From an uncultured Acidobacteriaceae bacterium (GTDB taxonomy: Bacteria; Acidobacteriota; Terriglobia; Terriglobales; Acidobacteriaceae): a DNA stretch of 64,000 nt. A program made the translations under genes and the position numbers. The stretch covers positions 102,852 to 166,851 of the forward strand of contig CAVXFD010000015.1 in NCBI GenBank assembly GCA_963760855.1, read 5' to 3'. Every line of letters begins with the position of its first letter. The first letter of the stretch is position 1. Shown here in pieces: positions 8,918 to 19,416 of the stretch. The notes below the pieces were generated by a model. It did no database searches. It was given only the letters and a program-made list of their open reading frames with translations, and was not told the DNA's origin.

Positions 8918-9215
8918 TCAACGAGCGCTATCGCGACTTTTCGCCAGCAAGGCTTGCTTCACTCTAGTACCTGTTGAATGAAAGTACTCCGTCCAGACTT
9001 TCCCGTCTTCCGAGTACTCCTGCGCGTAGCTGACATGGTCGGTGCCTTTCTATGGCAAAGCCGCCGGGCAACCAGGTACATTTGATAGTCAGCGATTGTG
9101 TCTCAGCCAGGCAAAATAGGTTGTCAATCCATGCGCCTTCGGGGGTCCAATTGCCAACGAGCCCACCCAGTTGATCGTACTCCGGCGCGGGTTTCAGCGG
9201 TGGCTTAGGCTCCAT
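8918..9215 (-). pseudogene. small conserved-looking hypothetical protein, one frameshift
   Basis: ORF 8964..9215 (MEPKPPLKPAPEYDQLGGLVGNWTPEG...TWLPGGFAIE) turns into nonsense. A protein-like continuation GTDHVSYAQEYSEDGKVWTEYFHSTGTRVK is in another frame and ends at 8918-8920. The junction is in CCTTTC at 9045-9050. Confidence 0.45.
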
Positions 9216-10939
9216 ACATACGCTGCAATATCTGAGACTTGGTCGGGCGTGAGTTCGGCCCCGCCCATGGGCGGCATGGGACTGCGATATTGCTTTGGCT
9301 GCGACACACCTTCGATGATCGTTTTCTTAATGCCCTCATCGCTGCCGTCGCTCCACAGCCATTTGTGCTTTGTTAACGGGGGCCCCAAAGGCGTTCCCTC
9401 AGCATTCGCGCCGTGGCAGCCGGTGCACGCGGCTCCGCCGACTTGACCGTGATAGATGCGGTCACCGACTTGAACCATTTCTCGTGTTGCGCCTGGAGGA
9501 ACTGGCAAATTGGCGTTTGCGGCCGCGCCTGCATCGGGGTGAATACCCTCTGGTGGTTGTGAGGCTTGCTCAACCAGATTGCCGGCGGGAGCGGTTGCGC
9601 TCGGACACGGCGTGACGTTCGCAGCGTCGAAGTCCGCACCTCCGCGATATTCAATTCGGTAGATCCGTCCGCGAATGTCGTCAGAAACGTAGAGTGCGCC
9701 GTCCGGTCCCACCGCCAAGCCTGAAGGACGATGTTCGGCTTCGGCCGGCGACTTCACTGCTCCCGCGAAACCATCCGCAAAGATCTCGCACTGGCCGGAG
9801 GCGTGGTCTCCATGAAGCGCCTGAAAAATCACGTTGTAGCCACCTTGAGGATATGGCGCTCGATCCCACGAACCGTGGAAGGCGATGAAGACGCCGCCGC
9901 GATAGTGCGCCGGAAATTGTCCGTTGTCGTAACGCACCATTGCATTCGGCGCCCAGTGGGCGGGATACACTGCGATGGGAGCGATCTTGTTTGTGCAAGC
10001 GCCGGCGGTTTTGCCGTCGCCGCCGTACTCCGGAGCCAGAACCAGCTTTTGCAGGAATGGATCATGGTAGCATTCGGGCCAGCCGTAATCTCCCTTTGCC
10101 CGCAAGAGCAGCAACTCTTCCGATGGCAGCGTTGCTTCCTGATCGGGTTTATAAATGTCAGGCCAATTCGCGTGCAACTGATCGCGTCCGTGCTGAGTGA
10201 CAAAGATTCGCCCGCTTGAGTCGATGGCAAAACCTTCGGCGTTGCGGATGCCCGTAGCGTAGCGCTCCGCCGGTGAAAACGTCTGGTTCGTCTTATTGGC
10301 GTCATAGAGCCAGATACCGCCTCGGGTCTCAAGTTCGGTGCATGGGTTCAGGCCGGGGGACTTCGGCGTCCGATTTTTCGCTTGGCAGGAATTAGTTGCG
10401 GCTCCGAGATCGATGTACATCTTTCCTTCGGCATCGATGATGAAGGGGTGCATCGGATGATCGCCGCTCAGGGGCAATCCGGAGACGATCGTGTCAGCCG
10501 AGCCGCTCGGGAGGATAGACCCCGCGGCCAATGAATAGCGCACGATTCGATCGTTGATTTCAGCGTAGATCGCTCCTTTATAAATTCCGATGCCCGTGCC
10601 GCCGTGGCCGCCGCTTTGTACGGTTTCGCCGAATCGCTCAATCACATCGGCTTTTCCAGCGCCGCTTTTGTCTTGCAGGGCTACCAGAAAACCTCCCGCA
10701 TGGGGCGTGTCATTGCCGTAGTACCTGCCGGACCAGGTATTAACGTAGAGCACTCCATTGGGCGCGACTACCATGTGACGGGCGTGACCGACTCTGTCGG
10801 CGAAGATTGTTGCGCAAAAACCGGCGGGTAGTTTCAGGCCACCGTCATCATCGGGGCAGGTTTGGCTTCCGGCACCCGCGCCCGCATTGGCTTGTTTCGC
10901 GGCTCGCAGCTTTTCGGCCCCAAAAAAAGAAAGGCCCAC
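9194..10939 (-). CDS. PQQ-dependent sugar (sorbosone/glucose) dehydrogenase fused to a C-terminal c-type cytochrome domain
   Basis: 581 aa with beta-propeller-type sorbosone dehydrogenase motifs (VTQHGRDQL, GDYGWPECYHD). A C-terminal CTGCHG haem-binding motif is followed by a distal Met (SPMPPMGG). See the findings for the start-codon problem. Confidence 0.8.
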   Translation of the reverse strand: MGLSFFGAEKLRAAKQANAGAGAGSQTCPDDDGGLKLPAGFCATIFADRVGHARHMVVAPNGVLYVNTWSGRYYGNDTPHAGGFLVALQDKSGAGKADVIERFGETVQSGGHGGTGIGIYKGAIYAEINDRIVRYSLAAGSILPSGSADTIVSGLPLSGDHPMHPFIIDAEGKMYIDLGAATNSCQAKNRTPKSPGLNPCTELETRGGIWLYDANKTNQTFSPAERYATGIRNAEGFAIDSSGRIFVTQHGRDQLHANWPDIYKPDQEATLPSEELLLLRAKGDYGWPECYHDPFLQKLVLAPEYGGDGKTAGACTNKIAPIAVYPAHWAPNAMVRYDNGQFPAHYRGGVFIAFHGSWDRAPYPQGGYNVIFQALHGDHASGQCEIFADGFAGAVKSPAEAEHRPSGLAVGPDGALYVSDDIRGRIYRIEYRGGADFDAANVTPCPSATAPAGNLVEQASQPPEGIHPDAGAAANANLPVPPGATREMVQVGDRIYHGQVGGAACTGCHGANAEGTPLGPPLTKHKWLWSDGSDEGIKKTIIEGVSQPKQYRSPMPPMGGAELTPDQVSDIAAYVWSLSHR

Positions 10940-10989
10940 GCTGATTGCGGTAAGCGTGACGAGAGCAAACGACAGAGGTATTCATTGTT

Positions 10990-11603
10990 TTACAGTTCAT
11001 CGCTACCCTTCCGAACTTGCTTGCGCCACTTAGGTTCGAGCCTCTGGGGCGCTACGTTCGATCGACTTGCATTTCGGATTCGTGCTTTGCAGCTGTGCTA
11101 TCGCAAGAGTGGTGCCAGATCCATCTGACTGACCACTCTCATCTAAGTGTCTTGTTGAGCGAAGGTTGCGATGAAGGGGGAGACCATCGCCTCGAGAAAT
11201 GTATGTCAGGAGTCGACGCGTAGGCATCGCTGTCCGGATATTGACACCACCTCGTCACGCATTGGAGGACGAAGAAGTTCAAGGTATCGAGTAGCAGGAC
11301 GGGCTTCAAACAGCTCCGGTTCCCAAACGCTCCTGGGTGCTTCAGCGATAAGGGTACTGAACGCGGCCGAGGGACGATTTGAGGGTTGAGCAAATCAATC
11401 GTGAGCGTCTTCCCTGCCAGAAAGTCGACCCATCATCGAAACTCATGACCTTACGCACGGATCGAGCCGCACATCTTAACCTGCAGGTCGCATCGCTGCT
11501 TCACCGTTTGAATAGCCGACTACCGTAGTGCATGCTGTGTATGACGGATTTCGCTCAGCTCGGAGATCACAATCGACCTTACTACTGTGTTTATTTTATT
11601 CAT
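10990..11603 (-). pseudogene. possible decayed, truncated LysR-type regulator remnant
   Basis: Minus-strand reading from ATG 11603 gives MNKINTVVRSIVISELSEIRHTQHALR, then TAG, then SAIQTVKQRCDLQVKMCGSIRA. After a frame change it gives RKVMSFDDGSTFWQGRRS. This loosely follows the LysR HTH pattern (V.E.GS...AA..L..SQSA.S.QIK.LE..LGV.LF.R.GR.V.LT..G). The reading is full of stops and too short for a full LysR. The match is weak. Confidence 0.25.
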
Positions 11604-12315
11604 CGTGTTTATCGCCACCCTGATTCGATCAGCATTCGGCTTTGGCGAGGCACTCATCGCCGTTCCGCTGTTGGCCTTCTGCATTCCGCTGGGCGTCGCC
11701 GCCCCGCTCGCTGTACTTGTGTCGATTACCGTCGCGGTCATAGTCGTAGTGCAGGACTGGAAAAACATCCACCTGGCTAGCACAGGCTGGCTCGTGCTCT
11801 CCAGCCTCTTTGGTATCCCATTGGGTCTTCTCATTCTGACCAGTAGCCATCAAAGAATGGTGAAAGCCGTCCTAGCAGTGATAATCATGACGTTCTCCGC
11901 CTACTCCTTAACAGTCCGCTCAGCGCTGGAACTACGACGCGACAGTCGACTATGGCTCCTAGGGTGTGGATTCTGTGCCGGCGTGCTTGGCGGAGCCTAC
12001 GGAATGAATGGTCCGCCGCTCGTCGTTTACGGAGCCATGAGAAGGTGGTCAGCGCAGAACTTTCGGGCGACCCTTCAAGGATATTTTCTACCTGTCAGCG
12101 TCATTGGTATGGGTGGTTATTGGTTGGCCGGACTCTGGACCTCCGCTGTAACGCACTATTATCTGCGCTCATTCCCGATCGCTCTAGTAGGCGTGTTCCT
12201 TGGTAGAGCGATCAATAACCGCCTTCGCGGAGAGTTTTTTTTTAGGTACCTTTACATTGGACTGGCAGGTATCGGCGCGCTCTTGTTGGTGCAAGCAATC
12301 ATAGGCCGACTCTGA
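11587..12315 (+). CDS. sulfite exporter TauE/SafE family membrane protein
   Basis: 242 aa, GTG start, polytopic. IRSAFGFGEALIAVPLL and GAYGMNGPPLVVY are typical of DUF81/TauE. Confidence 0.8.
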   Translation: MFILFIVFIATLIRSAFGFGEALIAVPLLAFCIPLGVAAPLAVLVSITVAVIVVVQDWKNIHLASTGWLVLSSLFGIPLGLLILTSSHQRMVKAVLAVIIMTFSAYSLTVRSALELRRDSRLWLLGCGFCAGVLGGAYGMNGPPLVVYGAMRRWSAQNFRATLQGYFLPVSVIGMGGYWLAGLWTSAVTHYYLRSFPIALVGVFLGRAINNRLRGEFFFRYLYIGLAGIGALLLVQAIIGRL

Positions 12316-12469
12316 ACGCGCGTGGCCCGTTCGCACCAGCGTTAACTCGCACCAGCTTCGGGCATTTCCTGCGGTTCCGGCTACAGAGCAACTTTTCGGC
12401 TTGTTTCCTCAGTAGATTGGGTCGATTTCGGTCGGCGAGGTCCCGCCTTAGGGCTGATGGAGTGGGTGC

Positions 12470-14680
12470 TCAACGGACTCCCATATTCCGCCACAGAACG
12501 TGCCAGAACCTCTCTTCGAATACGGGATCACGCGACTTGCGGAGGAGGAAATATTCGTTGACCGGACGATCATCTTCAAGGGCCGCTACCGTAGGGTCAC
12601 CTTGAATAAGCGAAGGCAGCGATAGTTCGTGATTGACCACCATTTCGAATTGCTCCTGAGCGCTAGTCGCCGGCCCCCATTCGACGAGGTCGCGGGCGGC
12701 ATCGGGGGGAAGCCGGGCAGCCAAGTCCGCCGCCGAAAGCGGCGGAATGGGACTCATGCTGGCGAGAAAATGTATTCCCCAACCCTCGACCGAAGGAAAA
12801 GCTCTACATAGGGAAACGATTCAGCAAGGGCTCGCCGACCGAGGCAGTCGTACTCGGTCGCCGCCAGGAAACCACTGCTGCAATATGCCGCCTTCGCGAA
12901 GATGCGGCTTGGCAATGGCGTAGAACTCTTTGGAATAGAGCAAACTGGAACCTGCCGCTTCCACGGGAGGAGGGGGATCGGTGGTAATCACGTCATACTG
13001 TTCCACGGTACGTTCCAGAAAAGCGCGGCCGTCATCCGTGACGATATGAGCCAACGGGGGCCGCAGCAACTTGCCCGCGTCGGGATGGAAGAAGGTGACG
13101 ACCAGGGGCACGCTGGGCACCAGCTCGACCGCGGTGGCGTGAATCCCCCACGAAAGTATCGCCAGTTCGCTGGTCCCCATGCCAAAACAGATGACCAGAG
13201 CCTTCTGCGGTTGCCGGGGCAAGAACGCCAGGGGCAGATGAGCCATCATCTTGGTCACTGGAGTCAGCTTGGTCATTCCGACGCCATTGACCAGAAGCCT
13301 CCTTTCCATCCCAGAACCATGGGCCACCACGGTAGCCGTACTGTCGCGCCTGACCCAGCGCGCAGGTATAGCGATTCATAGCCCTCCGCCCAAATTGTCA
13401 AAGCGATCGAAGCGATCACTAGGACCAACGAAAATGCCGATGAGGGCCGCAGCGCGCCGCGGATCGACAATGACGAAGCGAGGCGCAAGCGCAGGCCGAG
13501 GATCAGCCAAGGGGCAGCCAGCAGACAGAGTGCCAGCCGTTCCCCCAACAGTGGAAGGAGCACAAACCCGGCGAGCAAGGGACCCAGCACGCAGCCCGCG
13601 ATGTTAATGGCGTAAGCTTTGCCAGCTCGGTCGGGGTCGCCGGCAGAAAAGCGATCCAGGATCAGAGGTGTGATAAAACCCGCCAGAGTGGCGAATGGCG
13701 TGATCCCTAAAATGACCCGCAGAACCCCATGGAGTGGAATTCTGGGATCAGCGGTCAAGTATGCAAAGAGGACCAGGACGCCAAATCCCAGCCACAATAG
13801 CCCGTTCTCGAGAGTGCCGGTGCGGGGCTTGCGACGATAGATCCACGACCCGATGTAGGTTCCCACCAGGTAATTGGCCAGAATCGCCGCGAAGGCATAA
13901 ACCACCGTACCGAGAGAAAAGGTATAGATTCGCACCCACACAACTTCCGCGCCCAGCTGGTCAGCCCGGTGCCGAACAGCAACACAACAAAGTTGTCGGT
14001 GGAGCGGCGCAGTGGAGAATCCGAGGGCAGGCTCTGCTTGACTGCGGCGACCAGCCCAGCCTTGCTCTCGCCAAGGGTCAAAAAAAACGCGCATGCCGCC
14101 AGAAGAAAATTCAGTCCGGTGCCAACCAGAAGAGTCCGGTGAAAGCCCCACAGTTCGATCAATAACAAGGGAATGGTCGCCCCAGCAAAGGCTCCCAGAA
14201 CATTAGCAAGGTAGAGATAGCTGAAGGAGCGTTGCCCATCCGGGCCGGAACGCTGCCGGATCGCCGCCATGGCGAAAGGGAACGTCGCTCCCATACAGGC
14301 GCACCAGGGCACCAAGGTTGCGGCGATCCACAGCCCCGCAGGGAAGTAATAAAGAGAAGAGGAAAACGACATTTCGCGGATAGCGCGCAGCAGGATCTCA
14401 CGCCCCCAGAATAGTTGCTAAGGCACCATGGTGGCCGAAACCCCGATCAGCAATTCGGTCAAGGCACAGAGCCGCAAAGGGGAAAATCGAGGACGCTCTC
14501 CGTACTTTCGAACCAGTACCCGGCCAATAGGAACCCAACCCAGGCCGATCATGAACGACGAAAGCACCAGCGAGAGATCGGCGTTGTGACCCCGAACTGG
14601 CCATTGCAGATCAGCCAGATGACCTCGTAGAGAAAGCTACAGAAACCCGAGAACACAAACAGTCTGAAGAACCATCTCAT
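12470..14680 (-). pseudogene. fused MFS/spermidine-synthase-like membrane protein, heavily decayed
   Basis: Homology-like sequence runs through at least 5 ORF fragments. These are ATG 14680 MRWFFRLFVFSGFCSFLYEVIWL; VLSSFMIGLGW...ALTELLIGVSATMVP; 13755..14372; 13273..14151; 12821..13330 with the spermidine-synthase fold (VICFGMGTS, DVITTDPPPP); and 12470..12757 (DDRPVNEYFLLR). Frame changes occur near 14610, 13950 and 13365. There is an in-frame TAG at 14418-14420 and a TGA at 12821-12823. Confidence 0.8.
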
Positions 14681-15005
14681 GCGCGGTTTTCATTGCTCCA
14701 GGTTGAATTTGAGCCAGCAATTCTTCTAAGACCAGTGAAGTGCAACGACGGGAGCGAAGGGGTGATGTAAGAACGTAAAGGGCCCAGCAGGATGGCGACT
14801 GCGCGCCAGCTATCGAGGGTCGGGATATAGCTGGAGCTCGATTTCAAGACCGTGCCTGTCCTTGAAGGAGAAGCGGGATTATAGCATTGACGGATAGCGA
14901 CACGAATGCCGGCTCGTTCGCTCCGATGATCGGCGGCATACAGCGCGCGATGGAACTTAACTTGCTTGTTCCAGAGTCCGCCGTGTGCTAGACTTTTCGC
15001 CAACA

Positions 15006-16274
15006 ATGAACCGCCGCTGGCTTCGATTTGTGCTGGGATTTGTTTCTCTTCTCATGCTGGCGGACTTCGTTTTTCGTGGAATTGTGCCGTTCGTGACCCG
15101 GAACGATTTTTCCGAAGTCTACGTAGGTTCATGGCTGTGGCGGCACGGGCAAAACTTTTACGACTCCGACCTCACCCGGACCACGGCGACGCAACTCACC
15201 GGCTCCCACGTAAATCTGGTGCTGATCTACCCGCCGACTGCACTGATACTCATGGCGCCTTTCAGCTTCCTGCCCTGGAGTTGGGCGGATACGATCTGGC
15301 ATGTTCTGGGGCTGGCCGGTATAGGAATTACAATTTTCCTCCTATTGCGCCTGGGAGGTTTTCGCCTGGAGCACGATCGCGCCTGGGTACTGGCTACTTT
15401 TGTTCTGGCTTTTTCCCCACTGCATCAGGCATTTCACATGGGCAACGTAGCGCTGGCAGATGTACCGCTGTGCCTGGTGGGAATTTACCTGGCGGAGAGA
15501 AAGCAGGACCTCACAGCTGGGGTGATTCTTAGCATCGCAACCGCGCTGAAGCCGCAGATCGGGCTCTGGGTCTTGCTCTTCTACCTGGTTCAATTCCGAA
15601 AGCGATTTCTTCTGGGCGCTCTTCTGCCTGCGGCTGGCCTGCTGGGAATACTTGTCAACTATCCGATCCCGGCACGAACGCTCATTTCCGGCTACCGCAA
15701 CAATCTTCAGTATTGGTTTGCGCCGGGGAGGATGATTGGTTTCACGGAAGGCGCGATGCCGTTTCATGTGAATACCAGTCAGGTGATCCTCTATCAGCTA
15801 TTGCACCGCGTCACTCTTACCAGCGTGCTTGCCCACTTCATGTTTGCTTGCGGACTGGTGCTTTGGAGTTACGCGGTCTGGCGGGCGCGATTTCGGGTAT
15901 CAGTTCCACTGGCTATCTCTTCGTTGGTGGCATTGAGTTTTGTTTCTCTCTACCACAGCGTTTCCGATGTGACGATTCTGATACTTGCTCTCTGTTGGGC
16001 CTACGGGGAAGAACAAGGGCCAATGACCTGGAGCAAGCGCGCAACGTGCATTCTGTTTCTGTTGATGATGTTGCCCGGACATTCGGTTCTGATTCGATCT
16101 GCTCCCCACTTGAGCAGTGCAGTGACGGAATCCTGGTGGTGGAAACTGCTGGTGGCGCGATATTTCATATGGCTGTTGCTCGGCCTGAATGCGGTCCTGC
16201 TATACGCTCTGGTTACCTCAGGCCTTGTTGGCGAGACTTTGACAGACGAGCAACTGACATTACGCACGAGCTGA
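15006..16274 (+). CDS. GT87/DUF2029-family membrane glycosyltransferase (polyprenol-phosphate-mannose-type)
   Basis: Polytopic protein; ATG at 15006 (the track ORF starts at GTG 14985). Central motif ATALKPQIGLWVLLFYL. Paralogous to 19417..20826. Confidence 0.7.
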   Translation: MNRRWLRFVLGFVSLLMLADFVFRGIVPFVTRNDFSEVYVGSWLWRHGQNFYDSDLTRTTATQLTGSHVNLVLIYPPTALILMAPFSFLPWSWADTIWHVLGLAGIGITIFLLLRLGGFRLEHDRAWVLATFVLAFSPLHQAFHMGNVALADVPLCLVGIYLAERKQDLTAGVILSIATALKPQIGLWVLLFYLVQFRKRFLLGALLPAAGLLGILVNYPIPARTLISGYRNNLQYWFAPGRMIGFTEGAMPFHVNTSQVILYQLLHRVTLTSVLAHFMFACGLVLWSYAVWRARFRVSVPLAISSLVALSFVSLYHSVSDVTILILALCWAYGEEQGPMTWSKRATCILFLLMMLPGHSVLIRSAPHLSSAVTESWWWKLLVARYFIWLLLGLNAVLLYALVTSGLVGETLTDEQLTLRTS

Positions 16275-16278
16275 GCAC

Positions 16279-17949
16279 TTGACCACTCCCATTCAACCAA
16301 AGACCGGGTCCGACGATAGCCACCGTTTCTCAACGCTGATTCTGGCACTTGCAATTCTGAGCGCGGTGTTGCAATTGTGGTGGTTCGGCACGAAGTGTTT
16401 GAATCAGATCGATATCGATGGCATGACGTATGTCGGAATCGCGCGTCACATACGCCAAGGGGAATTTTACGCAGCGATCAATGCATTTCGCAGTCCCCTG
16501 GACTCCTGGCTTATAGCTGCGGCCTCTTTCGCCAGCACAGACTACCTGCTTATCGGCAAGCTGGTGAGTGTCGCCAGCTTCCTGCTGTGTCTAGCGCTGC
16601 TCTATACTTTCGCGTTCCGCTTGTGGCATTCGAGGTTGGTTGCCTCCGTAGCTGTCTTGCTGTTCACGCTGGGTCGGGGTCTTGCGGTGCAGGCAATTGC
16701 CATGGTTACTCCAGACTTTCTCCTTGCCGCGTTGGTTCTAGGCTACTTCATCGTTCTCTTGGATTGTGCGCGTACTGATCGATCCAAAGACTGGCTGCTT
16801 CTCGGAGGGTTTCACGGTCTTGCGTTTCTGGCAAAGGCCTTCGCGCTGCCTTGGCTCGGGCTGTGCACCGCGGTCGCTGTGTTGCTATCAGACTCGTCCT
16901 GGAAAAGGAAAGCTGGACGCTTTTGTCTAGCGATGTGCATTCCTGTGATTGTGGCAGCGGGATGGGCTACGGTGCTGCACTCAAAGTACGGCGTATATAC
17001 TACGGGCAGCCAGTTCAAGACAAACCTTCTGCAATGGACACTGGGGGAACGTTCCGTATTCCTGGAAAAGACTTATGGGCTGTTGAGGGATACTAGCAAG
17101 CAGCTGGACGACTACGCCGTGGGCGATTCTATGCCCCCAGGTTCTCGGGCGTGGGCCTATCACGTGGACATGAAAGAGGCGTTACCAAAGCTACTCCTCG
17201 CGGAAAAGGGCAACGTGCCTAAGGCGTTGAAGGAGCTAACTATTGTTACAACGCCGGGTGCGTTGCTCGCGTTCCTTGCCACTGTGGTAATTTTCACGCG
17301 CCGACGGCTTGTGTATCCCGTTGAGTGGCGACTGACGGCAGTCATCGTGGCGAGTGCCATCGCTTTGATCTTGGCCTATTGCATGTTGGTATTCGACGAG
17401 CGGTATCTATTCCCGCTGATCCCTCTGGTGCTGGTTGTTGGTGCGCGTTTCCTGGTGGCTGATGCCAAGTGGAATTACGGCGGCCTGCGAACAGTCAGCA
17501 TCGCCCTGGTCATCCTCGGCGTTGTCGCGTCCTTAGTTTATTCATCCTCTCCGTTTCGGGACTTGACGCGAAACTTCCAGGCTGCAAGTTATGAGGCTGG
17601 AGGATTCTTGAGGAACCATACGGCGTCCGCAACCCTCGTGAGCATAGGAATTGGGCCCTATCCAGAGCATGGAGTTGGATGGGAGGCGGGGTACCACGCC
17701 GCTTACTTCGGGGGCCAGAGGCTTGTGGCGACGATGGATTCCTTGCCGAGCTCAACCCAAATGCAAACCCTGGCTGCGGACCTCGAGAAGGCCTCTTCCG
17801 GCGCCATTGTCGTATGGGGTAGACCAAGTGACTCCAGGTACGTCGAACTGGTACTGAAGCTTGTTTCGCAGCACCCGTATAATCGGGTGGAGCGAATCGC
17901 CGATCCGGTTGTTGGTGAGGTTGGAGCGATAGTGTTTACGGGCGGGTAA
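16279..17949 (+). CDS. GT-C fold membrane glycosyltransferase (ArnT/PMT, GT39-like)
   Basis: 556 aa, TTG start, more than 10 predicted TM segments. The first periplasmic loop IDIDGMTYVGIARHI resembles the DE/DD..Y loop of GT39/GT83 enzymes. Confidence 0.6.
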   Translation: MTTPIQPKTGSDDSHRFSTLILALAILSAVLQLWWFGTKCLNQIDIDGMTYVGIARHIRQGEFYAAINAFRSPLDSWLIAAASFASTDYLLIGKLVSVASFLLCLALLYTFAFRLWHSRLVASVAVLLFTLGRGLAVQAIAMVTPDFLLAALVLGYFIVLLDCARTDRSKDWLLLGGFHGLAFLAKAFALPWLGLCTAVAVLLSDSSWKRKAGRFCLAMCIPVIVAAGWATVLHSKYGVYTTGSQFKTNLLQWTLGERSVFLEKTYGLLRDTSKQLDDYAVGDSMPPGSRAWAYHVDMKEALPKLLLAEKGNVPKALKELTIVTTPGALLAFLATVVIFTRRRLVYPVEWRLTAVIVASAIALILAYCMLVFDERYLFPLIPLVLVVGARFLVADAKWNYGGLRTVSIALVILGVVASLVYSSSPFRDLTRNFQAASYEAGGFLRNHTASATLVSIGIGPYPEHGVGWEAGYHAAYFGGQRLVATMDSLPSSTQMQTLAADLEKASSGAIVVWGRPSDSRYVELVLKLVSQHPYNRVERIADPVVGEVGAIVFTGG

Positions 17950-17975
17950 GTATAGCCAATCGCCAAGGTTGAAAG

Positions 17976-19407
17976 ATGAAACTCCGGTTCCTTTTTATCG
18001 CGCTGGGGGTGGTTGGATTCTGCTACTTCTTTCTCCAACTGGAGCGGCGTCCCGGTGCTTTCGCCAACTCGACTACTTTGGCCGCTATTCTGGCGCTCGA
18101 AATTGTGCTTGCTTGTGTGTGGCGATTCGAAAAAGTGTTTTTTCCGGTGACGATGATTTGCTTTCTGGCGGCCGACACGGCGAACCCATTCGCCGGAGAG
18201 AGCTTCACTCTCCGCTGGCTGTTTCTCGCGGTGGGCGCGTTGGCCGGCCCGATTATCTGGATGAAGAGCAACCGGGATCGTCACTTCGGAACCTTCCACC
18301 TGATCGCCTTATTCTGCGCGCTTGCCGCAGTCGCGTCGGCGAGTGCCTCCGTAGGCAACAGGAATAGGCTTACTGAAAGCTGGAAGCTTGTTTTTGTTGT
18401 TTCTCTACGCTGCTACCGGTGGGCGAGTTGCCCTAGCAGGCCGAGAGAAGGCTTTCGTTAACGTGCTCGTGCTGGGTTGCGAGGTCCTGGTTTTCCTGGT
18501 TGCGGGCGCCTATTTTGCGGGCGTGAACGTTTTCGGCAATCCGAACAACTTGGGAGCGTTCGTAGGCGTTGTTGCGGTGCCAGTTCTGCTTTGGGCGGCG
18601 TTGGTGGCGGAGAGCCGAGCGGAGATGCAACGGAGGTACACGGCCTTGGCGCTCTGCGCGGTCCTGCTCTACGTGAGCGTGTGCCGCGCCGCGATCATTG
18701 CCGATGTCTTCATCACGATCGGACTCACGATTGCCCTGCGGCGTCCGCGATTACTCATTCAGGCAGGATTTGCCGGGGCCTTGTTGCTGGAACTGATGGC
18801 TGTCGCCAATCCCGCTCACATGACTGAGTTAATGGACACGCTAAGCGGAAAGTTCATATTCAAGATGGAAGGGGGCGCATCTCACACGGGGATTCTAGGA
18901 TCACGCCAGAGCCCCTGGGAAGATACGATTGCCGCAGTGAAGCAGCATCCGTGGTTCGGCACGGGATTCGGGACCAGCGACCTGGGAAGTGATCAGCGCG
19001 GCATTCAAGGGTCGTCGATCTATACCGTGGAAGGCACGAACCGCGAGCACGGCAGCAGTTATCTGGCGATGGCCGAATACATGGGACTGTTGGGAATACT
19101 GCCGTTCATTGCGTTGGTGATGCTGGTGGCGCGTGCGGTGGCGCGGGTTTTCGCGTGGATGCGAAGAACCGGGAGCCCAGAACATTACGCGGTCCCTTTC
19201 GGACTGATCGCCGCGGCGGGCCTGATTCATGGGGCCTTCGAAGACTGGATGTTTGCTCCGGGATCCTATCTCTGCGTGTTCTTCTGGGTCGCCGCGTTTC
19301 TGCTCATCGACTTCGCTTCGCCTGGGAAAGCGCCGGTGCCGATACGAGTCTCGCCGTCAGCTTCGTTTGCCGAGCCCGCGCTGCGGCGGTCCACGACGCC
19401 GGTCTGA
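17976..19407 (+). pseudogene. O-antigen ligase/Wzy_C-like membrane protein, one frameshift
   Basis: The N-terminal TM region is in ORF 17976..18461. The Wzy_C-like core (LLYVSVCRAAIIADVF..., HGSSYLAMAEYMGLLGILPF) is in ORF 18388..19407, in another frame. That second frame opens after the TAG at 18352-18354, so the shift lies within 18355-18400, which contains a T5 run. Confidence 0.7.
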
Positions 19408-19416
19408 ATCCTGAAA

